Source: Calditrichia bacterium (lineage in GTDB: Bacteria > Calditrichota > Calditrichia > JAJRVZ01). From it: a DNA stretch of 58,187 bases. The first letter of the stretch is position 1. Each line of letters begins with the position of its first letter. Shown piece by piece: positions 48,585 through 58,151 of this stretch. The notes beneath the pieces are model-generated. The model was not told the DNA's origin. It did not search any database and was given only the letters and a program-made list of their open reading frames with translations. The stretch is taken from contig JAGLYF010000239.1 of assembly GCA_023132435.1 (NCBI GenBank), positions 1-58,187 of the forward strand, in the 5' to 3' direction. Both the position numbers and the translations under genes were made by a program.

Positions 48585-49205
48585 CTAAGAAACTTGCTGT
48601 TTGTATGATTTATAATGACTTAAAAATAGAAAAAGCCATCCCAGCACCAATAATATCATAACGTGTATCGGGCTAGCAGTTGGCGTTCCTTCAAGGGCTT
48701 TCAAGAAAGGTTGGCCAGCTATTCCGCAGATATACCACGCTGCAATCAACATAAACACATAACCAACCAGTTTAAAATCTGCTGCTGTTGCGGACGCATC
48801 CTTCAGAGCCATTCGTTCTTTAGCCCATAACCAGAGTATTCCGAGGAAGAGCAGCAAGATCAAGGTTCCACCGATACCGAACAACGGGGGGATATGTCCT
48901 AAGGATCCAATTGTCATGCCGATAATAATCGCCAGAAATATTCCTATTCCATATTTCCATACCGTCGATCCTTTTGCGCCTGAATAGAGTAATAATCCAA
49001 TCCCGGCTACTAACGCCCCCAGTGGAACCCCGAAAGACCATAACAAAGTCCAAGTTCCCATGAATGCCCACATCGTCTGATTAAGCTCATCCATTGTTAA
49101 ATTTTTGAAAGCCGAACCCACAAAAATCGACCCAATCACCCCCCAGAGAATTGCCCAGATAACGGCTATCCCGAATAGTACCAAGCCAACTTTTTGTTTA
49201 GTCAT
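48585..49205 (-). CDS. Hypothetical multi-pass membrane protein (gene cassette 4)
   Basis: About six TMs, AAGGAGG RBS, minus-strand GTTAGGT at 49312-49318 upstream. Confidence 0.75.
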   Translation of the reverse strand: MTKQKVGLVLFGIAVIWAILWGVIGSIFVGSAFKNLTMDELNQTMWAFMGTWTLLWSFGVPLGALVAGIGLLLYSGAKGSTVWKYGIGIFLAIIIGMTIGSLGHIPPLFGIGGTLILLLFLGILWLWAKERMALKDASATAADFKLVGYVFMLIAAWYICGIAGQPFLKALEGTPTASPIHVMILLVLGWLFLFLSHYKSYKQQVS

Positions 49206-49652
49206 TTTGCTTTCCTCCTTTTATGAAATTAATTATCAACCACGATTGTTATTTTTGTCCTTTTCCTGATAAATAATTTCCGACGGAAAACAGAAAAAGA
49301 TAATTTTGCCCACCTAACAAATAAGTGAGCCGAATGGATACATACATCATTCCAAATTCCATAACTTCTTATACATCACTAAAACTATTACTCGGATAGG
49401 ATTTAATTTTATCGTCTTTGTCAAACAGAATATTAATAATAGAAGCAGTTTTATCAGAACCGAAGGCGACGCAAATGATATTATAAAAATATCCTTTAAA
49501 ATGAAAGTAATTTTGGGAATGTATATGATAAAAATATTATTGCGATTTCTTCGATAGTTAGGTAGCTTCAATTGTACTGTTTCTATATTCTTATTCTGCT
49601 ATTTAATAACATAAGATAACTGGTCTTTCATAGTAAATCAGGCGATCAGACT

Positions 49653-52037
49653 ATGGTAGGCAAAACCATATCACACTACAAGATCATTGAACGCATCGGC
49701 ACCGGTGGCATGGGCATCGTCTATAAAGCCCAAGACCTCAAACTTGATCGTTTCGTCGCTCTTAAATTCTTACCACCACAACTGACCACCAGCGAAGAAG
49801 AGAAACAACGCTTTATTCATGAAGCCAAAGCAGCATCTTCTTTAGACCACAATAACATCTGCGCTATTCATGAAATAGATGAAACTGAGGAAGGGCAGTT
49901 GTTCATCAGCATGGCTTACTATGAAGGCGAAACGTTAGACAAAAAGATTAAAGATAAGCCATTACCGGTTGAAGAGGCAATCGACATCACTATCCAGATA
50001 GCACAGGGTCTTACCAAAGCGCATGAGAAAGAGATTGTGCATCGAGATATTAAACCGGCGAACATCATGCTGACGAAGGAAGGTGTAGTCAAGGTTCTTG
50101 ATTTTGGTTTAGCAAAGCTTTCTACGCAAACAAAGCTGACCAAAGAATCGACCACATTAGGCACTGTTTCTTATATGTCTCCGGAACAGGCGAAAGGCGA
50201 GGAAGTTGATTATAGAACAGATATTTGGTCTTTAGCCGTCATCCTCTATGAGATGCTGACCGGGCAACTTCCTTTTAGAGGCGACTATGAATCTGCTGTT
50301 ATTTATTCCATCCTAAATGATTTGCAGGAGCCAGTCACCGCATTGCGCACTGGTGTGCCGATGGAATTGGAACGCATCGTTAATAAATGTCTTCAAAAGA
50401 GCCCGTCAGATCGGTATCAACATATTGATGAATTGATCGTCGATTTGCGAGGTCTGAGAAGAGAATCTGAGTCAACTATTATTCCATCTAAAGAAGAAAA
50501 ACAAAAGAAGCGTTCTAAATATGTTATCATGTCAGTAGCAGTTTTATCAATTTTAATTCTTATTATCGCTGGATACTTCATTTTGATACAACCGAGTGAA
50601 AAAAGTGTATCAGGCTGGGAAAATTCGATTGCTGTTTTGCCTTTTGCCGATCTGAGTCCCAATAAAGATCAGGAATACTTTTGTGATGGTATGACTGAAC
50701 AGATCATTACAAATCTGAGCAAGATAAATCGGTTAAAAGTAATTGGTCGAACCTCTGTTATGTCATACAAAAACACAGATAAAAAACTGCCTGAGATCGG
50801 GAAAGAATTAAATGTTTCACATATCTTGGAAGGAAGTATCAGGAAATATGGCAATAGTATCAGAGTGACAGCACAGTTAATTAACACAGAAGACGGCTCT
50901 CACATATGGGCGGATGACTTTGATAGGGAATTAGAGCATGTCTTTGAGGTTCAGGACGATATATCTGAAATGATTTCAGGAGTATTGCTACAGAAATTAT
51001 CCGTCGAAGAAATAGGAGAAGTTAAATCCCAAAAACCGCAGAATATTGAAGCTTGGGAATATTATCTGAAAGGAAAATATTTTCATATAAATAAATTTAT
51101 AGATGCAACCGGGAGCATGGATGATTTTAATACATCTGAGCTGATGTTAAAAAAGGCTATTGAACTCGATCCAAATTATGCTCCCTCGTATGCAGCTCTG
51201 GCTGATCTTTATAACTCATATTACAATATTGAGGCACAAAATGAAGATGAGAAGAAAAAATATCTTGATTTACAAGAGAAATATATCGAGACAGCGTATA
51301 ATTTAGATCCCAATTCAGCTGATGTATACTCGATTATGGGATATGTTCATGAGGCAAAAGGTGAACTAAAAAAAGCTTATGAAAGCTTCAAAAAAGCGAT
51401 TTTGATCCAACCCAATTGGTGGGAACCCCATTATTCCTTGGCCGACTTCTATAATAGTCGAGGCCTTTACCATTTAGCTATTAAATACCGTACCAAAGCC
51501 ATAGAATTAAATCCTTTATACCCATCATCTTATGTTAGACGCTCTATTTATTTCTCTTATATAGGAGAACTTAATAAAGCCGAGATAGATTTGCAGAAAG
51601 CTTTGGAGATTAATCCAGATCACCGGACGGCTACTGGTTATTATGGATATATATTGATCTTATTGGAAAAATATGATGAGGCAGAGATAATCATAACAAA
51701 ACGAGAAAAAATTCATCCTAATTCAAGTTCAAATTCACTCCTGAGAGCTTGTTTATCTGCTGCGAAGGGTGAAAGAGTAAAAATGCCTGAGATAAATATT
51801 AGTGCTTTTTATAAGTCCAGACTCTATCTTTTATTAAAAATGAGGGAAGAAGTTATACAGTATTTGAATGAGGATTTTGAGATACTAAAAAAATCAGAAG
51901 GATCAAGATATTTATGGCTGAAGAATCAACCATTATGCGATTTTCTCCGCTCCGACCCCCGCTTCCAAGAAATATTGGCAACACACAAAGAAATTTATGA
52001 AGAGAATTTGGCGAAGTATGGGGATATTGATATATGA
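49653..52037 (+). CDS. Hanks-type Ser/Thr protein kinase with TM, TolB_N-like (SIAVLPF) and TPR domains
   Basis: GTGGMG, VALK, HRDIKPAN, DFG, YMSPEQ; SIAVLPFADLS; TPRs. Confidence 0.93.
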   Translation: MVGKTISHYKIIERIGTGGMGIVYKAQDLKLDRFVALKFLPPQLTTSEEEKQRFIHEAKAASSLDHNNICAIHEIDETEEGQLFISMAYYEGETLDKKIKDKPLPVEEAIDITIQIAQGLTKAHEKEIVHRDIKPANIMLTKEGVVKVLDFGLAKLSTQTKLTKESTTLGTVSYMSPEQAKGEEVDYRTDIWSLAVILYEMLTGQLPFRGDYESAVIYSILNDLQEPVTALRTGVPMELERIVNKCLQKSPSDRYQHIDELIVDLRGLRRESESTIIPSKEEKQKKRSKYVIMSVAVLSILILIIAGYFILIQPSEKSVSGWENSIAVLPFADLSPNKDQEYFCDGMTEQIITNLSKINRLKVIGRTSVMSYKNTDKKLPEIGKELNVSHILEGSIRKYGNSIRVTAQLINTEDGSHIWADDFDRELEHVFEVQDDISEMISGVLLQKLSVEEIGEVKSQKPQNIEAWEYYLKGKYFHINKFIDATGSMDDFNTSELMLKKAIELDPNYAPSYAALADLYNSYYNIEAQNEDEKKKYLDLQEKYIETAYNLDPNSADVYSIMGYVHEAKGELKKAYESFKKAILIQPNWWEPHYSLADFYNSRGLYHLAIKYRTKAIELNPLYPSSYVRRSIYFSYIGELNKAEIDLQKALEINPDHRTATGYYGYILILLEKYDEAEIIITKREKIHPNSSSNSLLRACLSAAKGERVKMPEINISAFYKSRLYLLLKMREEVIQYLNEDFEILKKSEGSRYLWLKNQPLCDFLRSDPRFQEILATHKEIYEENLAKYGDIDI

Positions 52038-54466
52038 TTGGTAAAACCATATCACACTACAAAATCACCGAAAAACTTGGTGGCGGAGGCATGGGTATCG
52101 TTTACAAAGCCGAAGACACCAAGCTTATCAGAACAGTAGCTTTAAAATTCCTACCGCCAGAACTAACCCGTGATCCTGATTCTAAAAAGCGATTCATCCA
52201 TGAGGCACAAGCAGCTTCAGCCCTTCAGCACAATAATATTTGTACAATTCATGATGTAGATGAGACTGAAGATGGACAGTCTTTCATTGTTATGGATTTT
52301 TATGATGGTGAAACACTGAAGAAAAAAATCGAACGAAAACCGTTAGATATTGATGAATCTATAGAAATTTCTATTCAGGTAGCTCAAGGATTAGACAAAG
52401 CTCATAAAAAAGATATAGTACACCGTGATATAAAGCCTGCTAATATTATGATTACCGAAGAGGGTACACCAAAGATAGTAGATTTTGGTTTAGCCAAACT
52501 GACAAGTTTTACACGGTTGACTAAAGAAGGTGTTTCTGTCGGTACTGTTGCTTACATGTCTCCTGAACAGACGAAAAGTGAAGAAGTCGACTCACGAAGT
52601 GATATCTGGTCATTGGGCATCGTTCTTTACGAAATGATCACAGGTCAAATGCCATTCAGAGGAGACTACGATCAGGCAGTTGTTTATGCAATAATTAATG
52701 AAGAACCTGTACCAGTAACGAGTTTGAGAACTGGTGTGCCGTTGGAACTGGAACGAATCATCAATAAGTGTCTGCAAAAAAGCCCGGCTGAAAGGTATCA
52801 ACATGTTGATGAATTGATTGTGGATTTACGCCAAATTAAAGGAGAATCAGAATCAAAATCTTCCCAATCAAATAAAGGTATGGATCTTGAATCTCCAAAG
52901 AAGAGGGAAAAACTTATTAAGTTTTCTGTCATTCTACTATCTATTGTTGTAATCATGGTGGCTGGATATTTTTTCATTGATAGAATTATTCAGACTGAAG
53001 TGCCCGAATTTAAAGCAACTTCTGAAACTCAATGGGAAAATTCTATTGCTGTACTTCCTTTTGCAGATTTAAGTCCAAACAAGGATCAGGAATACTTCTG
53101 CGACGGTATGACCGAACAGATTCTTACCAATCTAAGTAAATTGAATAAATTAAAAGTAACTGCTCGTACATCAGTTAATCAATACCGGAATACTGAAAAA
53201 ACAATACCTGAAATTGGTGATGAGTTGGAAGTAAAAAACATATTGGAAGGCAGTGTATTTAAATATGGCAATAGTGTGAGGATAACGGCTCAATTAGTTA
53301 ATACAAAGGACGGTTCTCATATCTGGGCGGAGATTTATGATCGGGACTTAGCAAATCTCTTTGCAATACTGGATGATGTTTCAAAATCGATAGCTGGTGT
53401 GTTGTTAGAAAAATTATCTGTAAATGAAGTTGAAGAAATTCAGACTAAAAGACCAAGTAATATAGATGCCTATGAATATTACCTTAAGGGTAATTATTTT
53501 CATAATAAATTTTTTTGGGGACAATTTAAAAATGAAGATTTTAATACATCGGAAATGATGTATAAAAAAGCCATCACTCTCGATTCAAACTTTGCTCTCT
53601 CATATGCAGGTTTGGCTGATCTTTATAATACATATTGGAATTACAGAGCACAGTTTGAAGAAGAAAAACAAAAATATCTTGAGTTACAAGAGAAGTATAT
53701 AATAATTGCTTTCAGTTTAGATTCGCTTTCAGCTGATGTAAACGTAGTTAAATACTGGATTCATTTTGCAAAAGCTGAAACAGAAAAGGCGTATGAATGC
53801 ATTAAAAGGGCGCTAAATATTAACTCTAATAATGGTGACTACAATAGAGCATTTGGAAGATTTTTATCTAACATCGGGCTAGCCTACCAATCTATTAATT
53901 ACTATAATAAAACCATAGAATTAGATCCTTTATCAACAATTGCATATATTTCTCGTGGTCAAGCATATTATCAAATTGGGAAATTTATTGATGCGGCGAC
54001 AAATTATCAAAAGGCCTTAGAAATTGATACAAAATCTTATTTAGCCCTTGGTAATTATGCAGAATTATTGATTGCCTTAAAAAACTATGAAAAAGCTGAA
54101 GAATTGTTGATGAGAATTGATGATGAAACAGTTCCTCTTTGTGGATACTGGATAGCTCTGCTTCATGCAGCAAAGGGTGAGAAAGAAGAAGCTCTTAAAA
54201 TTTTGAATGATTTAGATATTTGGAAACATTTGATTCCAAGTATTTATATTCTCTTAGGAATGAATGAAGAGGTTTTTAAGACTCTAGATGAGGGGTATGA
54301 TGAAGCATATGAATGGGATCGTTCTTGGTATCTTCAATTAAAAAATCATCCACTTTATAAGAACCTCCTTACCGACCCCCGCTTCCAAGAAATACTGACA
54401 AAACATAAAAAATTATATGAAAAGAATTTGGCGAAGTACGGTGATATTGAAGCATTAATAAATTAA
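52034..54466 (+). CDS. Hanks-type Ser/Thr protein kinase with TM, TolB_N-like and TPR domains (paralog)
   Basis: Same architecture; ATGA overlap with the first kinase. Confidence 0.93.
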   Translation: MIGKTISHYKITEKLGGGGMGIVYKAEDTKLIRTVALKFLPPELTRDPDSKKRFIHEAQAASALQHNNICTIHDVDETEDGQSFIVMDFYDGETLKKKIERKPLDIDESIEISIQVAQGLDKAHKKDIVHRDIKPANIMITEEGTPKIVDFGLAKLTSFTRLTKEGVSVGTVAYMSPEQTKSEEVDSRSDIWSLGIVLYEMITGQMPFRGDYDQAVVYAIINEEPVPVTSLRTGVPLELERIINKCLQKSPAERYQHVDELIVDLRQIKGESESKSSQSNKGMDLESPKKREKLIKFSVILLSIVVIMVAGYFFIDRIIQTEVPEFKATSETQWENSIAVLPFADLSPNKDQEYFCDGMTEQILTNLSKLNKLKVTARTSVNQYRNTEKTIPEIGDELEVKNILEGSVFKYGNSVRITAQLVNTKDGSHIWAEIYDRDLANLFAILDDVSKSIAGVLLEKLSVNEVEEIQTKRPSNIDAYEYYLKGNYFHNKFFWGQFKNEDFNTSEMMYKKAITLDSNFALSYAGLADLYNTYWNYRAQFEEEKQKYLELQEKYIIIAFSLDSLSADVNVVKYWIHFAKAETEKAYECIKRALNINSNNGDYNRAFGRFLSNIGLAYQSINYYNKTIELDPLSTIAYISRGQAYYQIGKFIDAATNYQKALEIDTKSYLALGNYAELLIALKNYEKAEELLMRIDDETVPLCGYWIALLHAAKGEKEEALKILNDLDIWKHLIPSIYILLGMNEEVFKTLDEGYDEAYEWDRSWYLQLKNHPLYKNLLTDPRFQEILTKHKKLYEKNLAKYGDIEALIN

Positions 54467-54586
54467 TCTATCATTTTCCTATCATTTAATTCCCGCCTAC
54501 ATCAATCTGAATTTCTATGTGAAAACTTTATTCCCCAATTTCCAAATTCACATTAAAAAATTATTTTTTAGATATTTACTTATAGA

Positions 54587-54664
54587 ATGGTGTGTCATTC
54601 ATAACAACTTTTAAGTTGAATTCAACAAAACAAAAACCCCGATGACACACCGTCGGGGTTTTTT
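54587..54664 (+). promoter_or_regulatory. Attenuator-like leader (terminator plus competing antiterminator)
   Basis: Terminator AAAAACCCCGATG-ACACAC-CGTCGGGGTTTTT at 54632-54664; upstream GGTGTGTCAT (54589) is the reverse complement of ATGACACACC (54642). Confidence 0.55.
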
Positions 54665-54687
54665 AGTTTATATGAAGGGACAATATT

Positions 54688-55722
54688 ATGAAAACACGAA
54701 GCACAAGAAACCAACCGTTTTGTTGGCAGGAAAAAAAAGTTCTGCGGCTATTAAAAGAAAAATTTAAAGGTTCCAAACTGGCCAAATTGAGGAATTTATA
54801 CTTAACAATTACCCAAATGGATAGTGACTTTAACGGAAAGCATATTAATTGGTATACAAAAAGTCTATCTACCTATTCCGGCTTATCGGTAAAATGGATA
54901 CCAACCGGATTGAAAGTATTTGAAGAACTTAATATTGTAAAAATTGTCCGGAACAGGGATAAATATGGCCGATTTCAAATAAATGAATTGATTTTCACCC
55001 CTGAAAGCGTAGCAAAGTCCAAAACTACCGATGTGCCAAAACCCGCTAGCGGTAAACCGGCTAGCGGAAGAACGGCTAGCGGAAAACTACCATCATCAGA
55101 AGATAGTACTAGTAAAGAAGATAGTAATATATTAGAAGATAATACTAATACTAAGGGCGGGAGCATTAGCCTCTCTTCTAAAATATCTTCTGAAGACATA
55201 AAGGCAGTCTTTAGTAGCCAAAGAACTACTGAATATGTTCCTGCCAGCATCACAGAATACGAGCAACACCTTGGTCTTGCTGTTAATGGGCCCCCGGGGA
55301 ATGGTTCATCCGACGCTGATGCGCTGCCTGATGTTGACTATATGAACGATGCTGTCAAATTACATTATCTGCTGAACCGCTCCGACATTGATAATTTTCA
55401 GCAATCTAAAATGTATGAATACTATGTCCCACAATTACTTATCCGCCGACCGCATTTGGCTGTCAAATTGCTGGATAAATTCATCAGCCATCCTAAGTCG
55501 CAAATTTCACCTGAACAAATTAATGATTTTAATGAGACGGCATATGTACATTTTGAAGCTTCTGAATCTGAAGAACTTCTGCGGCAAAACAATGACCAGC
55601 AAAAAGATATTGTTGAAGAAGATATGTCGCCCGTAAAGCCATCACGGAAGCAACTTGAATATGAAAGAATAAAAGAACTTGCCGATGGATTTGAAAAACA
55701 TTTTCCGGTCACAGCCAAATAA
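54688..55722 (+). CDS. Phage/plasmid-type replication initiator-like protein (N-terminal wHTH)
   Basis: HTH-like N-terminus, KPASG x3 linker, ED/N/T low-complexity tract typical of initiators with an intragenic origin. Confidence 0.6.
   Translation: MKTRSTRNQPFCWQEKKVLRLLKEKFKGSKLAKLRNLYLTITQMDSDFNGKHINWYTKSLSTYSGLSVKWIPTGLKVFEELNIVKIVRNRDKYGRFQINELIFTPESVAKSKTTDVPKPASGKPASGRTASGKLPSSEDSTSKEDSNILEDNTNTKGGSISLSSKISSEDIKAVFSSQRTTEYVPASITEYEQHLGLAVNGPPGNGSSDADALPDVDYMNDAVKLHYLLNRSDIDNFQQSKMYEYYVPQLLIRRPHLAVKLLDKFISHPKSQISPEQINDFNETAYVHFEASESEELLRQNNDQQKDIVEEDMSPVKPSRKQLEYERIKELADGFEKHFPVTAK
55039..55151 (+). repeat. Intragenic iterons plus AT-rich repeats (putative origin)
   Basis: Three 15-bp units with GCTAGCGG (55039-55083), then three 18-bp units starting AGAAGATA (55098-55151). 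Confidence 0.7.
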
Positions 55723-55897
55723 AGAGATTATACATTGTTGAAAAATTATCGCACCGATAAAAATGCAACAAAACGGTAAGACTATAGTTGATGGTGTGAT
55801 TAGACTATTGCCAAGAGTAAAGCCGATAAGTTTGGTGAATTAAATTTTTAGTCACGAATCGGTTCTGGCCTGTCTTTTGATGGGAAATACAAGAAAT

Positions 55898-56024
55898 TTG
55901 AAAATACGCCACTGTCCGCCAATGTTTCAATAAGTAATACATTCTTACAATTTACGGCAATTAAACCGACAGGATTGAAGTGTGTGCCGATTTTGGCAAT
56001 TTCTTGCGGTGAGTGGCGAAGCAA
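55898..56024. repeat. ~127-bp dispersed repeat, copy B
   Basis: Close match to 45402-45528. Confidence 0.85.
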
Positions 56025-56051
56025 CAACGGCCTCTGGGAAAATAATTGCTG

Positions 56052-56474
56052 TTATGGGTTGGTTTTGTTTTGTGTTATTTCGTTATGAGTTTTTAGAAGA
56101 TTCTTTTTCTTCATGAAGTGACTTATAATAAAAAGAATACCTACAACAACGAATGGGAAAGTAATCGTTAGGATGATCCCAAGGCTCATGCCGACAGAAT
56201 GGTTCATATTATAATTATGCATAAAGATAATTGGGCTCAGTCCAAGACCTATTACTGTAAAGATGATACCACCAATATATTCCCATTTCCATGCAACAAT
56301 AAGTAAGGCTAGTAAAATAAAAGATGGAATAAGATGCATCAAAAAACCGCCAAGTTGTTGCCAGATGGTTAGCCCGGGTGCAAAAGAATCAGCTGCAAAC
56401 ATACTGATAAAAAGTATTGCAAGAATACAGACAACTCGTGGGAGCCAATGAATTACGCTGATAGACGTTTTCAT
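56052..56474 (-). CDS. Hypothetical four-TM membrane protein (gene cassette)
   Basis: WLPR..CILAILFISMFA; stop codon lies within the inverse core site CCATAAC. Confidence 0.8.
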   Translation of the reverse strand: MKTSISVIHWLPRVVCILAILFISMFAADSFAPGLTIWQQLGGFLMHLIPSFILLALLIVAWKWEYIGGIIFTVIGLGLSPIIFMHNYNMNHSVGMSLGIILTITFPFVVVGILFIISHFMKKKNLLKTHNEITQNKTNP

Positions 56475-56614
56475 TATTTTTCCATTTTAATTTTGTCCTA
56501 CTCGTATGGCTTTTCGGTGTCGCCCCGTTTTTTTAGTGGTTGCTGGTCTCCACATTTTATTTATTGTTGGTGCTTGTGTCTGTCAGTGTACGCTTTGTTG
56601 TTTTATAAACTTGC

Positions 56615-56702
56615 ACATAACGTTTCGCGGATATGAGAAGTCCGAGTGAAGCGAGGATTTGGGCGAAAGCCGAAGGCTGTAGCCTCATATCCGCTGTTAT
56701 AT
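56615..56702 (-). mobile_element. Integron attC site (88 bp)
   Basis: Minus strand ATATAAC-A-GCGGATATGAG...CTCATATCCGC-GAAAC-GTTATGT imperfect palindrome between co-oriented genes. Confidence 0.85.
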
Positions 56703-56798
56703 GACCCGAAGGGCAAGGTTGCGAAGCAACCGCAGAGTTCCGAACCCCGCCACATTCTTTGCTATTTTCCAACATTTCAATCTCATCTCCTCATAAAT

Positions 56799-57395
56799 TT
56801 ATCTTAGAAAAATGATGCGGAAAGCTAAAAATGCGATCACTCCCGGGGTCAAAAGAATTAACGACTTCCATCTATTTATCTTATTTTGTTTATGAATGAA
56901 TTCTGACACATAAGCAATATCAATAATTAAACATATTGGATGAATAACCATCAAGAATGGCAAATTCCATGTAAAACTCAACAAATCTGCAGGAACAGCT
57001 AGTAAGCCTATTGTATTCCAGATGAACATAAAAAATAGAAACACTTTTTTGATATTAACTTCATAAAGTTGTAAAATTTTAGAAGTAGCATAGATTACGA
57101 CACCGAAAATAAGAAAGTCTATCACATTGACTAAGGCATCATTTATACCATACAAAAAATACTGGTTGTCAGAGATTGGGAGTATTTTGAGAAATACTGA
57201 TGTTTGTGAGAGGTATAATGATAAAAACACATAAAACGTTACAAAAATGGTCAGCGGAACAATGCCGTATAGTAGCGAGGACTCACTAAGAAAATTATCT
57301 ATCAACAACCTGGGTTTAGAAAATGCCATTGCCATGTAACTTATATTTCTTCTAAGTGAATAATTTTTCATAGTTCTTCCCAATTCGTTCCCCAA
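56799..57395 (-). CDS. Yip1-like multi-pass membrane protein (cassette gene)
   Basis: About five TMs, AF.KP N-terminal motif; start may be 57371. Confidence 0.6.
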   Translation of the reverse strand: MGNELGRTMKNYSLRRNISYMAMAFSKPRLLIDNFLSESSLLYGIVPLTIFVTFYVFLSLYLSQTSVFLKILPISDNQYFLYGINDALVNVIDFLIFGVVIYATSKILQLYEVNIKKVFLFFMFIWNTIGLLAVPADLLSFTWNLPFLMVIHPICLIIDIAYVSEFIHKQNKINRWKSLILLTPGVIAFLAFRIIFLR

Positions 57396-57439
57396 GCATA
57401 TTTTAGGAGTCTTTCTGTCGAAAATTTCTCATCCATTTT

Positions 57440-58051
57440 CTATCTCCATAGTATTGCACATATCACAACCCATAAAATTATTATTACCATAATGCTGATG
57501 ACTTTCTCCGACCATTTCAATCTGCAGATATTAGATATAATACTTGTTGCGGCAAGACTTTCCCACAAAAGTATAATGGTATGTATTGGAATGATGAGTA
57601 AGCTAATCCAGCCAACAGTAAATCTCACGAATATATCAACAGGTTGCACAATTACGAAAGGAAGGAAGAAGGTAACTCCGAGTATGTTGAATATTTTAAA
57701 AATCGATATATCTTTCTTTATCAATCGCAAATAACTAGATAAAACGAAGGTTATAGAACCCATAACAAAAATACCAAATAATAAAGAGAACTGTGTTTGT
57801 AGGAAGGCGTACGTTTCCAAATCAATACCAAATGGCGGAGGTGCAAATGGCTTCCAATTACCATGATAATCACGGAAGGAAAATATAATCGAATAACTAA
57901 GCCATCTTATAACGATAAACAACCACCCATATTTGTTTACAATCAAGAGCCCTTTTGGATTTTTGAGAAATGAGTCTGGAGCAAATACAGATTGGTATAG
58001 TGCTTTTAACATACTATCTTCCTTGGATAATATACTTGCAACCTTGTTCAT
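57440..58051 (-). CDS. Yip1-like multi-pass membrane protein (cassette gene)
   Basis: About five TMs, similar layout to the neighbouring gene. Confidence 0.65.
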   Translation of the reverse strand: MNKVASILSKEDSMLKALYQSVFAPDSFLKNPKGLLIVNKYGWLFIVIRWLSYSIIFSFRDYHGNWKPFAPPPFGIDLETYAFLQTQFSLLFGIFVMGSITFVLSSYLRLIKKDISIFKIFNILGVTFFLPFVIVQPVDIFVRFTVGWISLLIIPIHTIILLWESLAATSIISNICRLKWSEKVISIMVIIILWVVICAILWR

Positions 58052-58151
58052 AGATTTTTATTTCGTTTATCATAGCAATTTCTCCTTCCAAAACTTAAGT
58101 TTTCCATATAATGAAAGGCTTTCCTTTTTAAAAGCAAGGGTTCGGAATTTC

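Noticed and set aside
49347-49571. 74-aa minus-strand ORF
   Set aside because: TTG start, low-complexity AT-rich translation, no recognisable motif
56557-56775. 72-aa ORF
   Set aside because: Spans the attC palindrome and cassette leader; no RBS or protein features
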